From: an uncultured delta proteobacterium
GTDB lineage: Bacteria > Myxococcota_A > UBA9160 > SZUA-336
Length of the DNA stretch: 64,000 nucleotides
Assembly (NCBI GenBank): GCA_963704165.1
Contig: CAVPHD010000003.1
Coordinates: 384,001 to 448,000 of the forward strand
Direction of reading: 5' to 3'
This document shows, in pieces, positions 1-10,211 of the stretch. The notes under the pieces were generated by a model, which was not told where the DNA came from, made no database searches, and saw only the letters and a program-made list of their open reading frames with translations. The stretch's first letter is position 1. Every line of letters begins with the position of its first letter. A program made the translations under genes and the position numbers.

Positions 1-1
1 G

Positions 2-703
2 GCCGCGGCGAACGGCGACCCCGACGACACCTGGCTGCTCTTCGTCTTCTCGGGGCCGGGGCGCATGGCCGGCACGACGCTCTTGATCGAGGATCGCGCC
101 GGCTCCGAGGAACGCGACGGAACGTGGTTGTACCTGCGAGCGTTCGACCGGTTCAGTCGGCTCGAGGGACGGATCGAGCGAACGGTCGTTCCGGGCTCGG
201 CGCTCTCCTACGAGGACGCGAGGGAGTACATCGCGGGGGCGAAGTATTTCTTCCGTTCGGGCGGCCGAGCCGGGGAGAACGGTGTGCGCGTGATCGGCTG
301 TCCGAGAACACCGGCGCTCGTGGATCGCCTCGGCTACGGCGCGCTCCTCATCGACGTCGATCCGGGGCGATGGCTCGTGCTGCGCATCGAGTACCTCGGC
401 CCGGGCGGCGGTGCGCTGAAGCGCTATGAGTTGATCGAGGCCGGCTCGCTCGACGGACGTGAGATGCCACTCCGGGTGAAGCTCGTCCACGTCGTCGACG
501 GGTTCGAGAACGACATCCGCTACGAGTACTGGCCGGTGCCGACGGGATTGCCTGCCGACCTGTTCCTGCCCGACATGACACGAGGATCGTTCCTGACTCG
601 GATGCGGCGCGTGCTCCACGAACGCGGTCTCGGCGACCGCATCGACGCCGAGATCAGAGAAGCGGAAGTCAGCATTCGTGCGTACGACGAGCGCGTCCGG
701 TAG
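2..703 (+). CDS. Outer-membrane lipoprotein-sorting (LolA-like) protein, 5'-truncated by the window edge
   Basis: Frame is open from base 2 (..DTWLLFVFSGPGRMAGTTLLIED..TWLYLRAF..GSALSYED..LPADLFLP). The pattern matches the LolA-like proteins at 6611 and 36394. Confidence 0.65.
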   Translation, partial: AAANGDPDDTWLLFVFSGPGRMAGTTLLIEDRAGSEERDGTWLYLRAFDRFSRLEGRIERTVVPGSALSYEDAREYIAGAKYFFRSGGRAGENGVRVIGCPRTPALVDRLGYGALLIDVDPGRWLVLRIEYLGPGGGALKRYELIEAGSLDGREMPLRVKLVHVVDGFENDIRYEYWPVPTGLPADLFLPDMTRGSFLTRMRRVLHERGLGDRIDAEIREAEVSIRAYDERVR

Positions 704-1181
704 AGCTTCGGCTCGCGAACGTGAAGACGCGCCGTCCGATCGGATCGCCCGGGTGAGAGCTCTCCTCGAAGTCACCGCCGGTATATTCGCGAATCACCGC
801 GGACCAGAACGGAAGGCCCGCTCGGTTCGTCTCCAGGACGCGGACGACCCAGCATCCGGAGAGCTCGTCGAAGAGCGCGAGCGCGGCCCGTCGACCGACG
901 CCCGACCGGCGCTGGCCGCGGAGGATGAAGAACTCGGCGACGTCGAGCGCTGCGGGGTCGTCGCTCGCGGGCGAGCCTCGCGTCACGAGCGCGAACCCCG
1001 CGACGTCGGCTCCGGACCGGATCAGAAACGCCCAGCGCGAGTTCGGCTCGGACCAGTACAGCGGCAGCCTCGTGTAGCCGAATCGTCCGTCGGTCCCGAT
1101 CTCAATCGGAACGATCTCGCTCATGTCGTGGATGTAGAGCTCGAGGAGATTCGCGAGCAGCGGCGCCGCGTCGACCGTCAC
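669..1181 (-). CDS. GNAT family N-acetyltransferase (start uncertain)
   Basis: LANLLELYIHDMSE..VAEFFILRGQRRSGVGRRAA (acetyl-CoA motif A)..NRAGLPFW. The N-terminal half of the 341-aa track ORF is a shadow of the upstream gene. Confidence 0.8.
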   Translation of the reverse strand: MTVDAAPLLANLLELYIHDMSEIVPIEIGTDGRFGYTRLPLYWSEPNSRWAFLIRSGADVAGFALVTRGSPASDDPAALDVAEFFILRGQRRSGVGRRAALALFDELSGCWVVRVLETNRAGLPFWSAVIREYTGGDFEESSHPGDPIGRRVFTFASRSSTGRARRTHEC

Positions 1182-1231
1182 GCGTTCCAGCGCGATCGAC
1201 CGAGACCCTGCGGAGCTTTCGCGCGGAACGA

Positions 1232-2290
1232 CTACCCCTCCTCGAGAAGCTGCAAGAGATCGAGCTCGGTCTCGGCCATGCGTCGGCCGATCGCGGCCTG
1301 CTCGACGCTCGGGATCACGCCGGACAGGTAGGCGTTCATCTGCACGATCCAGACGACGCAGACCTTCGCGGCGGAGAGCGCCTCCCACCAACGCAGCGCT
1401 TTGCGGTCGAGCGAGCGGCCGCTCTCGACTTCGTAGGCGCGATAGAACGGCTCCCGCGGACCGACGCCGCCGACCGGCGCGCCCGGATTCCCGAAACGCC
1501 AGGTCTTCGTGCACATCCAGGCCAGGTCCTCGTGCGGATCGCCGACGTGGGCGAGCTCCCAGTCGAGCACCGCGCGCAGCCCCTCTTCCCCGACGACCAG
1601 GTTGCCCATCCGGTAGTCGCCGTGGACGAGCGTCCGCCCGCGCTCGCCCGCCGGGCTGCTCGGGACGTTCTGCTCGAGCCAGCGATACGCCCATTCACAG
1701 ACCGGTGTCGGGGACGGCGCACCGTCGATGCCGCGGCGGACCTGCGCGAGCTGTTCGAGCGCGCTCGAAACGCCCCCTGCTGGACGCGCGAGACGCTCGA
1801 GCCCGGGCGCCTCGGGACTCATGCGGTGGATGCGCGCGAGCGCTCGGCCGAGCTGATCGGGAAGGAGCTCGCGCGCACGGGCGAGCGCGGGGTCGCGCAG
1901 GATTCGCGTGCCGATCGTCTCGCCTTCGACCCGGTCCATGAAGTAGAACGGCCCGCCGAGCGGCTCGAGCTCGGCGCAGGGCCAGTAGACACGCGGCACC
2001 GGGACCTCGCAACGCAGCGCCTCTTCGAGCAGACGGAACTCGAGCCGGAAGCCGCCCTCGGTCGAGAGCCCGCGAGAAGCCGCCGCGCCCGCGGTCGGAT
2101 CGATCCGCAGCACGAGCGCGCGCGAGTCGACGTCGGAGGGCGTCTCGAGTTCAACGTCGAGGCTCCAGACCTGTCGCGACGAGCCGCCCGTCATTCGGCG
2201 CAGATTCTCCACGCGCGCCGGTCTGCCGGCCTGCGTGCGGATCCACGCCTCGATCCGCCGCACCCGCTCTTCGCGCTCGAGCTTCTCCAT
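1232..2290 (-). CDS. Phosphotransferase family protein (APH / ACAD10-11 N-terminal-like)
   Basis: GGSSRQ, FYFMDRVEG, LVHGDYRMGN, VLDWELAHVGDPHEDLAW motifs; GGAGG RBS. Confidence 0.9.
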   Translation of the reverse strand: MEKLEREERVRRIEAWIRTQAGRPARVENLRRMTGGSSRQVWSLDVELETPSDVDSRALVLRIDPTAGAAASRGLSTEGGFRLEFRLLEEALRCEVPVPRVYWPCAELEPLGGPFYFMDRVEGETIGTRILRDPALARARELLPDQLGRALARIHRMSPEAPGLERLARPAGGVSSALEQLAQVRRGIDGAPSPTPVCEWAYRWLEQNVPSSPAGERGRTLVHGDYRMGNLVVGEEGLRAVLDWELAHVGDPHEDLAWMCTKTWRFGNPGAPVGGVGPREPFYRAYEVESGRSLDRKALRWWEALSAAKVCVVWIVQMNAYLSGVIPSVEQAAIGRRMAETELDLLQLLEEG

Positions 2291-3048
2291 CGCCTCCCGG
2301 TCCTACCCGCCCGCCGTGAACGGCGGCGATCATATCAGCGAACCCGGGGGCAGACCCCGCCTGTTCCGGAGCGTCGTCTTCGGCAGCCGTCCGTACACCG
2401 TAGGGTGACGAGATCGATTCCCCGAGTCGAACCGGGCATCCGAGTGGCGTGCGACAACGCGAAACACCCTCGCGACCCGAGCTCGCGGTGTTCCCAGCTC
2501 ACGATCGACGCGGGAGCCGACATGCACTCGTCGCCAACTCGGCGCACGCAGACGCGGATCTCGAGGATCGGGTTCGGACGGCCACCGGCTCGATCTTCGA
2601 CGCCGCCGTGCAGATCCGGAATCACGACTTCTACGGGCGCTCGATGGAGCACGGCGGCGGCGGCACGCCCGGGGACTCCCCCCCTGACGGTGATCTGCGA
2701 CGAGTTCGGAGCCCTTCGCGGGTTTCGCGACGTGTTCGTCAGCGCGGGCGACGCGGACTTCGGCTCGGGCTGGCTCCGGGGCACCTGGTCGGGGGAGGAC
2801 TTGCGCATCCACACGACCGCCGACGCCGCCCGCCCTCCGCGCCGAGCCAGCGAGGGGGCCCGGAGCGACGGTCGGAGGCGCGAAATCGCCTCCAAACCCG
2901 CCAGGACTGGTACGATGGCGAGAACCTGTAGACGGAGCGTCACCTACCGCAGTTGCCGGACCACTTCCTCCTGCGTGGAGAGCCTGCCGCGCGCTGGGCG
3001 GAAGACCCGACCGCAGGCTCATGGACGATCGTGACGATGGAGCACCGT

Positions 3049-3762
3049 ATGTTCTCAGGCGCCCTCAAGCTGACCTCGGCTTTCGTCTTCGCGGTGCTGC
3101 TCTCGATCGCTTCTCAGAGCGTCGCGATGCCGGTCCTCTGCGCGCCACCGTACTGCCAGATCTGGTCTTCGGGCGAGGGCGGCAACGGGCACGGGTACAG
3201 CTTCGTCCACCTGACCTCCGACGTGACATGGACGATGGCGAACGCGCTCGCGCAGGGTTCGATTGCAATGGCCGACGGCAGCGTCGGACACCTCGCCACG
3301 ATCGGTTCGGCCGAGGAGCAGTCGTTCATCCAGAATTCTGTTCTGCCCGTCTTGTCCTATTTCGGCACCAACCCGACTCAGGTCTGGATCGGCGGCCGGC
3401 AGGATCCGGACCAACCGCCCAGCGATGGCTGGACGTGGGTCGTGAACCCGTCCGTCGCGCCCGAGACCTGGAACTACGAGAACTGGATGACGCCGGGCGA
3501 GCCCGATGACCAAGGCGGCATCGACGAGCGTTACTTGACGATGTGGTTCCACAACTTCCAGGACGGCATAGACCGGCGCGGGAGCTGGAACGACGAGCGC
3601 GACCTGGCCGGTGCAAGGATCATCGGCATGCTGGTCGAGTGGTCGCCGCGCAACCTGCCGGAGCCGGGAGCCGCGTGCCTGGTCGCCTTTGGCATCGGAC
3701 TTCTCGCGCTGCGTCGGTGCCGGCGCCATTTCGATTCCGTTCGCTTCTTCGCCTCGATGTGA
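3049..3762 (+). CDS. C-type lectin domain PEP-CTERM surface protein
   Basis: Signal peptide; GNGHGY..TW..GHLATIGSAEEQ..VWIGG..W.W..YENW..GEPDD..WND lectin pattern; C-terminal LPEPG + hydrophobic helix + RRCRR. Confidence 0.85.
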   Translation: MFSGALKLTSAFVFAVLLSIASQSVAMPVLCAPPYCQIWSSGEGGNGHGYSFVHLTSDVTWTMANALAQGSIAMADGSVGHLATIGSAEEQSFIQNSVLPVLSYFGTNPTQVWIGGRQDPDQPPSDGWTWVVNPSVAPETWNYENWMTPGEPDDQGGIDERYLTMWFHNFQDGIDRRGSWNDERDLAGARIIGMLVEWSPRNLPEPGAACLVAFGIGLLALRRCRRHFDSVRFFASM

Positions 3763-3927
3763 TCGTCCGCCTTGGACGGATGGCGGCGCCTGAAGCCGCA
3801 CCGACTCTGGCGCCCGGTCTCTCGAGCAGTCCCGCGGTCTCGTCGGGATGGAGCGAATCGGGCCCGATCCCGTCGCGCCGGCCGCTGTTCATGCCGCGCC
3901 CGATCGACGCCAACACGCGGGCGCGTC

Positions 3928-5355
3928 TCACCGTCGAAGTGAGCCGATCATCGCGACGGCGAGATTCGCGCCCAATGCGAGGATGCCGGCGTGGACGCCG
4001 CCGAGCCGGTCGACGCCCGCGAGCATCGAGGCACCCGCGACCACGGCGCCGATCACGACCCCCGCGAGCACCGGCCCGGCCCGCAGGCCCCTCCAGTGGA
4101 TCGCGAGCAGGAAGGCGGGCGTGCACTGGACGAGGATCTCCATCTTCAGCTCGAGCAGGCGCCAGAGCGTGAGGTCGCGGCGCATCGCGAGCGCGATCAT
4201 CGCGAGGAAGATCAGCGCCGCCGCGCGCTTGCCGAGCACCGTGGTCGCGGGCGCGTGAGGCGGGCGGTCGAGAAGATCCGTCGCCACGAGCGATCCGATC
4301 GAGAGCAGCACGGAGTCGGCCGTGGACATGATCGCGGCGATCGCCGCGAGGAAGACGACGACGGCCGCCAGGGACGGCACGAGTCCGGCCTCCGACCACT
4401 GACCGAGCAGCGCGGGCATGACGCGATCGGCAGCGGTGCCGCTGAGCTCGGGCAGCCGGGTGATTGCCGCCAGACCGATCAGCGTCACCACCGCGGTCGT
4501 GACGAGCGGCATCCAGGTCATCAGCGCGAAGGCGCGCTGCATCGTCCGGCTCGAAGAAGCGGCGTAGATGCGCTGGATCGCCTGCGGGTAGAGCGTGCTC
4601 GCGAGCCCGAGCAGGAGCGTGGTCGAGAGCCAGTTCGCACAGGTCGCGGCGTCGGGAACGGCGACGGCGTCGGGCCGAAGCAGAGCGATCTGGCCCGTGA
4701 GCCCGCCCAGTCCGCCGGGCGTCGACAGGACCCAGCCGAGCATCGCGCCGAGACCGACGAACATGATCCCGGCCTGGATCGCGTCGGTCCAGGCGACGGC
4801 ACGCATGCCGCCGGTCGTCTCGTAGAAGAGGATCACGCCGGCCAGCCCGACGACGCCGAGCTCGTACGAGACGAGCCCCCCGGTCGCCTCGCTCGCGAGC
4901 TCCCCCATCGCTCGGAGCTGTGCGAAGAGGAAGTTCGAGAGCGCGAAGATCATCACCCCCGCGATCGCGATCCGCAGCGCGCGCGCGAGCGGATCCTCGC
5001 CGAAGCGATGCCGCACGTAGTCGCCAGGCGTCACGAATCCGTGTCGGACCGAGAGCGGACGCAGCTTCGGCGCGAGCGCATGAAACACGACGACGATCGC
5101 CATCATGAAGCCGGTCGCCATGACGAAGGCGAAGCCGGTTCGATACGCCTCGCCCGGGTAGCCGAGCAGCGAGTTCCCGCTGTAGGTCGTCGCGTAGAGC
5201 GTCAGGAAGAGCACCAGGACGCCGAGCTCGCGTCCGGCGAGGAAGTGATCGTCGGGCGAGTCGTCGCGCCGCGCGCGCCGCGCGAATCCCGCCAGGACGA
5301 AGAGCCCGACCAGGTACAAGCCGAGGCCTGCGAGCCCGAGCGCCCCGACGCTCAC
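3928..5355 (-). CDS. Sodium:solute symporter (SSS family)
   Basis: Multiple TM helices; FLAGR, ATTYSGNSLLGYPG, GGMRAVAWTD, AAIMSTADS. Confidence 0.9.
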   Translation of the reverse strand: MSVGALGLAGLGLYLVGLFVLAGFARRARRDDSPDDHFLAGRELGVLVLFLTLYATTYSGNSLLGYPGEAYRTGFAFVMATGFMMAIVVVFHALAPKLRPLSVRHGFVTPGDYVRHRFGEDPLARALRIAIAGVMIFALSNFLFAQLRAMGELASEATGGLVSYELGVVGLAGVILFYETTGGMRAVAWTDAIQAGIMFVGLGAMLGWVLSTPGGLGGLTGQIALLRPDAVAVPDAATCANWLSTTLLLGLASTLYPQAIQRIYAASSSRTMQRAFALMTWMPLVTTAVVTLIGLAAITRLPELSGTAADRVMPALLGQWSEAGLVPSLAAVVVFLAAIAAIMSTADSVLLSIGSLVATDLLDRPPHAPATTVLGKRAAALIFLAMIALAMRRDLTLWRLLELKMEILVQCTPAFLLAIHWRGLRAGPVLAGVVIGAVVAGASMLAGVDRLGGVHAGILALGANLAVAMIGSLRR

Positions 5356-5582
5356 GACTCGCCCCCGTCGGCTTCAGGCACGTCCGCGAGCCACCACGCG
5401 ACGCTGTTCAGCGCCGCGACGCCGACGTAGCAGACGAGAGCCAGCGCGACCCAGTCGGGAAGCCCGAGCCACAGGGCGGGCTCGGACCCGGTCTCGCGGT
5501 ACCACGGGATCGAGACGGCGTAGAGGATCCCGATCGCGGCGAGGCTCGCTCGCCGAACCCGGCTGCGCGCGAGCTTCGACAC
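5352..5582 (-). CDS. Small 2-TM membrane protein accompanying the SSS transporter (DUF3311-like)
   Basis: SIPWY..PALWLGLPDW plus two TM segments; 4-nt overlap with the SSS start. Confidence 0.7.
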   Translation of the reverse strand: MSKLARSRVRRASLAAIGILYAVSIPWYRETGSEPALWLGLPDWVALALVCYVGVAALNSVAWWLADVPEADGGES

Positions 5583-5723
5583 CGCGCGAGATTGCGCGCA
5601 ACTCGCGCACGTGGTCAAACCGCGGGCTTGGGATCGCCCCAGACGAAGCTCGACCCGCCCACTTCGCTCGCGTGGGACTGGAGTAGAATCGGTTTCCGGT
5701 CGCCAGGCCGCAGGAGAGGTCGG

Positions 5724-6575
5724 ATGAAGTTCGGGCTGTACGGGATCAACACCGGTCCGTGTTCCGAGCCGGACGTCGCCGCGCGTGTCGCGGGTGCCGC
5801 CGAGGCGGCCGGCTTCGATTCGGTCTGGACGGCGGAGCACGTCGTGCTGCCCGACCCGCAGGCTCCCCCTTCCCCCGCGCCGCCGCACATGAAGCTGCTC
5901 GATCCGGCCGTCGCGCTCGCGTTTCTGGCCGCGCACACGACGAAGCTCCTGCTCGCGACCGGAATCATCATCCTGCCGCAGCGCAATCCCGTGGTGCTCG
6001 CGAAGGAGCTGGCGAGCCTGGACCGGCTCTCGAAGGGCCGACTCGTGTTCGGGCTCGGCGCGGGCTACCTGAAGCCGGAATTCCAGGCGCTCGGTGCGCC
6101 GTTCGCGGACCGTGGCAAACGCACCGACGAGTACATCGAGGCGATCGTCGCGCTCTGGACCGAGGACAAGCCCGAGTACAAGGGCGAGTACGTCGCGTTC
6201 GGAGGCATTCAATCGCACCCGCATCCCGTGCAGAAGCCGCACCCTCCGATCGTCGTCGGTGGCATGAGTCCATCGGCGCTCCGGCGGGCGGCGCGTTACG
6301 GCAACGGCTGGTACGGATTCGCGCTCGATCTCGAGGCGACGCGCCAGGCGCTCGAGGGGTTGCGCGCGGCCGAGCAGCGCTTCGACCGCGAGGCCTCGCT
6401 CGGACAGCTCGAAATCACCGTGACACCCGCGGGGGCGGTCCATCCGGATACCGTTCGCCAGTACGAGGCGCTCGGCGTCGATCGGCTCGTGCTGCTCAAT
6501 CCGGGACGCAACGCGGACGATCAACTGCGCTTCGTCGAGAAGGCCGGACGCGAGTTGATCGCCGCACTCGCCTGA
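5724..6575 (+). CDS. LLM class F420-dependent oxidoreductase
   Basis: MKFGL..AEAAGFDSVWTAEHVVLP..LAKELASLDRLSKGRL..GLGAGY..PVQKPHPPIVVGG..RRAARYGNGW; AGGAGAGG RBS. Confidence 0.9.
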   Translation: MKFGLYGINTGPCSEPDVAARVAGAAEAAGFDSVWTAEHVVLPDPQAPPSPAPPHMKLLDPAVALAFLAAHTTKLLLATGIIILPQRNPVVLAKELASLDRLSKGRLVFGLGAGYLKPEFQALGAPFADRGKRTDEYIEAIVALWTEDKPEYKGEYVAFGGIQSHPHPVQKPHPPIVVGGMSPSALRRAARYGNGWYGFALDLEATRQALEGLRAAEQRFDREASLGQLEITVTPAGAVHPDTVRQYEALGVDRLVLLNPGRNADDQLRFVEKAGRELIAALA

Positions 6576-6610
6576 TTGCGCGCGGCATTCGCGCCGGTAG
6601 GATTGCCGAG

Positions 6611-7426
6611 ATGCACAAAGCGGGTGAGTCGCTCTGGATCGGCGTCGCGCTCGCGGTTCTCGTCTCACTCGCACCCGTTGGCGCAGCGCAGGCCGCAGGG
6701 TCGATCAACGAGGTCATCGACTGCGCGCTTCGCAGCTTGCCGCCATCGGTGCGCGGCCGCTTCGTGCTCTCCTGGCGCAGCGCGACGGGCGACGAGCGCG
6801 TGATCGCGGGCCAGTACTGGGGCGAGCAGCCGCGGGAAGGCGCGCGCAGGGTGATCGTCGCGTCTTCGGGCCTTCGATCCGAAACGAGCGCCGCGTACCT
6901 GTTCAGCGAGGGGGACCGGATCGGCGAAGCCTGGATCTGGAAGCCCGGTCACGAGGGCTCCGTGCGCATCGAGCCGAACGGCGCCGCGGGAGAGCTCTTC
7001 GGCACCGACGTCGACCTCGAGGACTTCGCGCGATTCGCGCGCTTCCTCTTCCCCGCGCAGCTGCGCCGACTCGAGGACCGGGTGATCGAGGGGCGTTCCG
7101 TCTTCGTCGTCGAGATGACGCCGTCTCCGGATTCGGGCTCCGAGTATTCGCGGATCGTCACTTCGATCGACAAGGAGTGGTGCGTGATCCTGCGACGCGA
7201 GGGGTACGAAGCGGACTTTCGCGGTGGCGCGGAGCCTCGCAAGATCCTCAGCGCCGACCCGAAGAACGTGAAGCACGAGATGGGATTCGCGCGCGTGAGC
7301 AAGGCGCGTCTTCAGGACCTGCGCGACGGCTCGGAGACGACCGCCGAGCTCGAAGACCTCGAGCTCGAGGCGGCGCTTCCCGCCGACTTCTTCACGCCGG
7401 AGAACCTCTCCACCACGTTGAAGTAG
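6611..7426 (+). CDS. Outer-membrane lipoprotein-sorting (LolA-like) secreted protein
   Basis: Signal peptide; AWIWKP..LFGTDVDLED..SEYSRIVTSIDK..LPADFFTPENL. Confidence 0.7.
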   Translation: MHKAGESLWIGVALAVLVSLAPVGAAQAAGSINEVIDCALRSLPPSVRGRFVLSWRSATGDERVIAGQYWGEQPREGARRVIVASSGLRSETSAAYLFSEGDRIGEAWIWKPGHEGSVRIEPNGAAGELFGTDVDLEDFARFARFLFPAQLRRLEDRVIEGRSVFVVEMTPSPDSGSEYSRIVTSIDKEWCVILRREGYEADFRGGAEPRKILSADPKNVKHEMGFARVSKARLQDLRDGSETTAELEDLELEAALPADFFTPENLSTTLK

Positions 7427-7487
7427 CTCGCGGGGCTGCGACCCGACGGTTGGAAAACCGCGTGGGTCGTCCGTATGCTGGCCGCCC

Positions 7488-8144
7488 ATGTCCTACACGC
7501 TGTCCGAGCACGAGTCGAAGCAGCTGCTGAGAAGCGCGGGGATTCCCGTTCCCGAAGATGCGCTGGTCGAGACCGCGGACGAGGCGGTCCGCGCAGCCGA
7601 AGCGCTCGAATACCCGGTGGCGCTCAAGCTCTGCGGGCGTTCGATCGCGCACAAGACCGAACGCGGACTCGTCCGGCTCGGGCTGCGCGACGCGGAGGCC
7701 GTGCGTTTCGCGGCCGAGGCGCTGCTCGAAGCGAGAGGACCCGCCGACGGCGACGCGAAGCTGCTCGTGTGCCGCATGGTCGGCGGTCGACGCGAGCTGA
7801 TCGCGGGGCTGGTACGCGATCCTCAGTTCGGACCGTGTGTGATGCTCGGCCTCGGCGGGATCTTCGCGGAGGCGGTGGGCGACGTCGCCTTCGCGGTAGC
7901 GCCGCTCGCGAAGGGCGATGCCGAGGATCTGATCGGCGCGCTCCGATACTCGAAGCTGCTCGGCGCCTTCCGCGGCGAGCCCGAGGTCGATCGGCGCAAG
8001 CTCGCCGACGTTCTCGAGGCGCTCGGTCGGCTCGGTGCCGCGCGCCCGGAGATCCGTTCGATCGACGTCAATCCGCTGATCGTCTCGGGGGACACGCCGA
8101 TCGTGATCGATGCGCTCGTCGAGCTCGAAGGCGACGCGCGATGA
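7488..8144 (+). CDS. Acyl-CoA synthetase (ADP-forming), ATP-grasp beta subunit
   Basis: LSEHESKQLL..YPVALK..HKTERGLV..RDPQFGP..GLGGIFAE..IDVNPL. Confidence 0.9.
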   Translation: MSYTLSEHESKQLLRSAGIPVPEDALVETADEAVRAAEALEYPVALKLCGRSIAHKTERGLVRLGLRDAEAVRFAAEALLEARGPADGDAKLLVCRMVGGRRELIAGLVRDPQFGPCVMLGLGGIFAEAVGDVAFAVAPLAKGDAEDLIGALRYSKLLGAFRGEPEVDRRKLADVLEALGRLGAARPEIRSIDVNPLIVSGDTPIVIDALVELEGDAR

Positions 8145-9610
8145 CGGGCGTCGTCGAGAAGTTCCGCCCGCTCTTCTACCCGCGCGGCATCGTGGTCACC
8201 GGCGTGTCGCAGCACCCGGGGAAGTTCGGAGCGGTCGCGTTCCACAACCTGATCGCCTGCGGCTACCAGGGTGAGCTCTTCCCGATCAATCGCGAGGGCG
8301 TCCCCTCCTTCGATCGACCGACGTACAAGAGCGTGCTCGAGGTACCCGCCGGGCGGGCCGATCTGGCGTTCATCTGCACACCGAACAGCGCGAACGAGCA
8401 GCTGCTTCGCGAGTGCGCGCAGATCGGGGTGCGCGCGGCGTTCGTGGCCTCGGCCGGCTACGGCGAGGCGGCCGACGGCCACGAGGCGGAAGCTCGGCTC
8501 GTCGCGCTCGGCCGCGAGCTCGGCATCGTGATCGCCGGACCGAACGGACAGGGACTGATCTCGACACGCGTCTCGATGTGCGCGCAGATCGTCGCACCCT
8601 ACCCGCCGCCTGGACCGATCTCCGTCGTCTCGCAGAGCGGCAATCTCGCCTCGAGCTTCATGAATTACGGGTGTCTCACCGGCATCGGGATGTCGAAGGC
8701 GATCTCGTGCGGGAACTCCGCGATGCTCGAGCTCGCCGACTACCTGGAGTACTTCGCCGAGGATCCCGAGACGGCCGTCTCCCTCGGCTATCTCGAGGGC
8801 GTCGGAAACGGACGGCGCTTCCTCGACGTCGCGCGCGCACACACCGCGAAGAAACCCTTCGTCGTGGTGCGCGGCGGAGTCACGAGCGCGGGAAAGCGTG
8901 CCGCGAGCAGTCACACGGGCGCGCTCGCCTCGGACGACGGCATCTTCTCGGGCGTCTGCCGCCAGGCCGGCATCACGCGCGCGGAGACGATCGAGGAGGC
9001 CTACGAAGCCGCAGCAGCGTTCGCGACGCAGCCGCTTCCACGCGGTCCACGCACGTTGATTTTCACCGTCGCGGGTGGTTGGGGTGTGCTGACGTCGGAT
9101 GCCTGCGTGCAGGCGGGGCTCGAGCTGATCCCGCTACCCGACGATCTGCGCGCGAAGATCGACACGATGGTCCCTGCGCGCTGGAGCCGCAGCAATCCGA
9201 TCGATCTCGCGGGCGGCGAGACGCGCGACACGATTCCCGAGGTGCTCGAGCTCATGGCGGCGCATCCCGACGTCGATGCGATCGTCTACCTCGGCATCGG
9301 CATCCAGGCGTCGCAGGGCCAGATGTTCCGACGGGGTCCGTTCTGGCCCGATCACGGCCTCGAGCGCATCGGCAGCTTTCACGAGAGCCAGGACCGCCGC
9401 TATGCGCACGCGGCGGCCGAAGCGAGCCAGCGGCATCGCAAGCCCATCCTGATCGCGTCCGATCTCGTCTACACGGATCGCGCCTACGGGAATTCGGGAC
9501 CGATGGGCGTGGCCGAATCGGGGCGCGTCACATCCCCGTCGGGGCACCGCGCGATCCGAACGCTCGCGCACATGGTCCGCTACGCGCGCCACCGAGAGCG
9601 GATCGCGTAG
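8141..9610 (+). CDS. Acyl-CoA synthetase (ADP-forming), CoA-binding alpha subunit
   Basis: GPNGQG, SQSG, AASSHTGALA (phospho-His), NPIDL; ATGA overlap with the beta subunit. Confidence 0.9.
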   Translation: MTGVVEKFRPLFYPRGIVVTGVSQHPGKFGAVAFHNLIACGYQGELFPINREGVPSFDRPTYKSVLEVPAGRADLAFICTPNSANEQLLRECAQIGVRAAFVASAGYGEAADGHEAEARLVALGRELGIVIAGPNGQGLISTRVSMCAQIVAPYPPPGPISVVSQSGNLASSFMNYGCLTGIGMSKAISCGNSAMLELADYLEYFAEDPETAVSLGYLEGVGNGRRFLDVARAHTAKKPFVVVRGGVTSAGKRAASSHTGALASDDGIFSGVCRQAGITRAETIEEAYEAAAAFATQPLPRGPRTLIFTVAGGWGVLTSDACVQAGLELIPLPDDLRAKIDTMVPARWSRSNPIDLAGGETRDTIPEVLELMAAHPDVDAIVYLGIGIQASQGQMFRRGPFWPDHGLERIGSFHESQDRRYAHAAAEASQRHRKPILIASDLVYTDRAYGNSGPMGVAESGRVTSPSGHRAIRTLAHMVRYARHRERIA

Positions 9611-9629
9611 ACGTTCGCCGCGATCCGAC

Positions 9630-10118
9630 TCAGAGCCGCCCGCTCACGCCGAGCTCGACGTGCAAGACGCCGTTGATGCGGGTGCTCTTCACGGTGGTGA
9701 TCCGCCCGTTCTTGCTCGCGAACAGACCGAACTCCGGACCCACGCCCTGGGCCTTGTCGATCGTCCAGCCCTCGGCGATGAGATTCCGATTGAAGAACCG
9801 GTAGACCTCTTCGGGGTCGAGATCTCCGGTGAAGAGCGCGGCATACGAGCCCGCGTGCTCGGACACGACGGACCTCGCGGTGAGCCCCGCGGGGATCGGT
9901 ATGTCGTGGGGAAACGCAGCCGGCAGCGCGTCGTTGCGCGCGGCCTCCGGCTCGGGCTCGGGTGCGGGCTCGCGCTCGTCGTCCGCGGCGAGCGGCGCGG
10001 GCGCCGCGACTTCGCGCACGGGCGGATCGGGCGCGATGGACTCGCTTCCGCTCTGCCCACAGGCAGTCGGCGCGACCAGCGCCGCAAGCGCGAGAATCAT
10101 GCTGAGACGCGCGCGCAT
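9630..10118 (-). CDS. Hypothetical lipoprotein
   Basis: Lipobox-like PTAC-G, Pro/Glu linker, then LPAAFPHDIPIP..YRFFNRNLIAEGW domain. Confidence 0.65.
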   Translation of the reverse strand: MRARLSMILALAALVAPTACGQSGSESIAPDPPVREVAAPAPLAADDEREPAPEPEPEAARNDALPAAFPHDIPIPAGLTARSVVSEHAGSYAALFTGDLDPEEVYRFFNRNLIAEGWTIDKAQGVGPEFGLFASKNGRITTVKSTRINGVLHVELGVSGRL

Positions 10119-10211
10119 CGCGCCCTCCCGACGCGGAGCAAGTCGCCAAGATACCACGCATGTCGCGAAGTCGGACACGCGCACGAGTTGCGCATCGCCT
10201 TCCGATCGCTT

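Noticed and set aside
2440..2525. Riboswitch (e.g. c-di-GMP or cobalamin) upstream of the lectin gene
   Set aside because: Only a generic GC-rich hairpin; I could not match the conserved motifs of any family.
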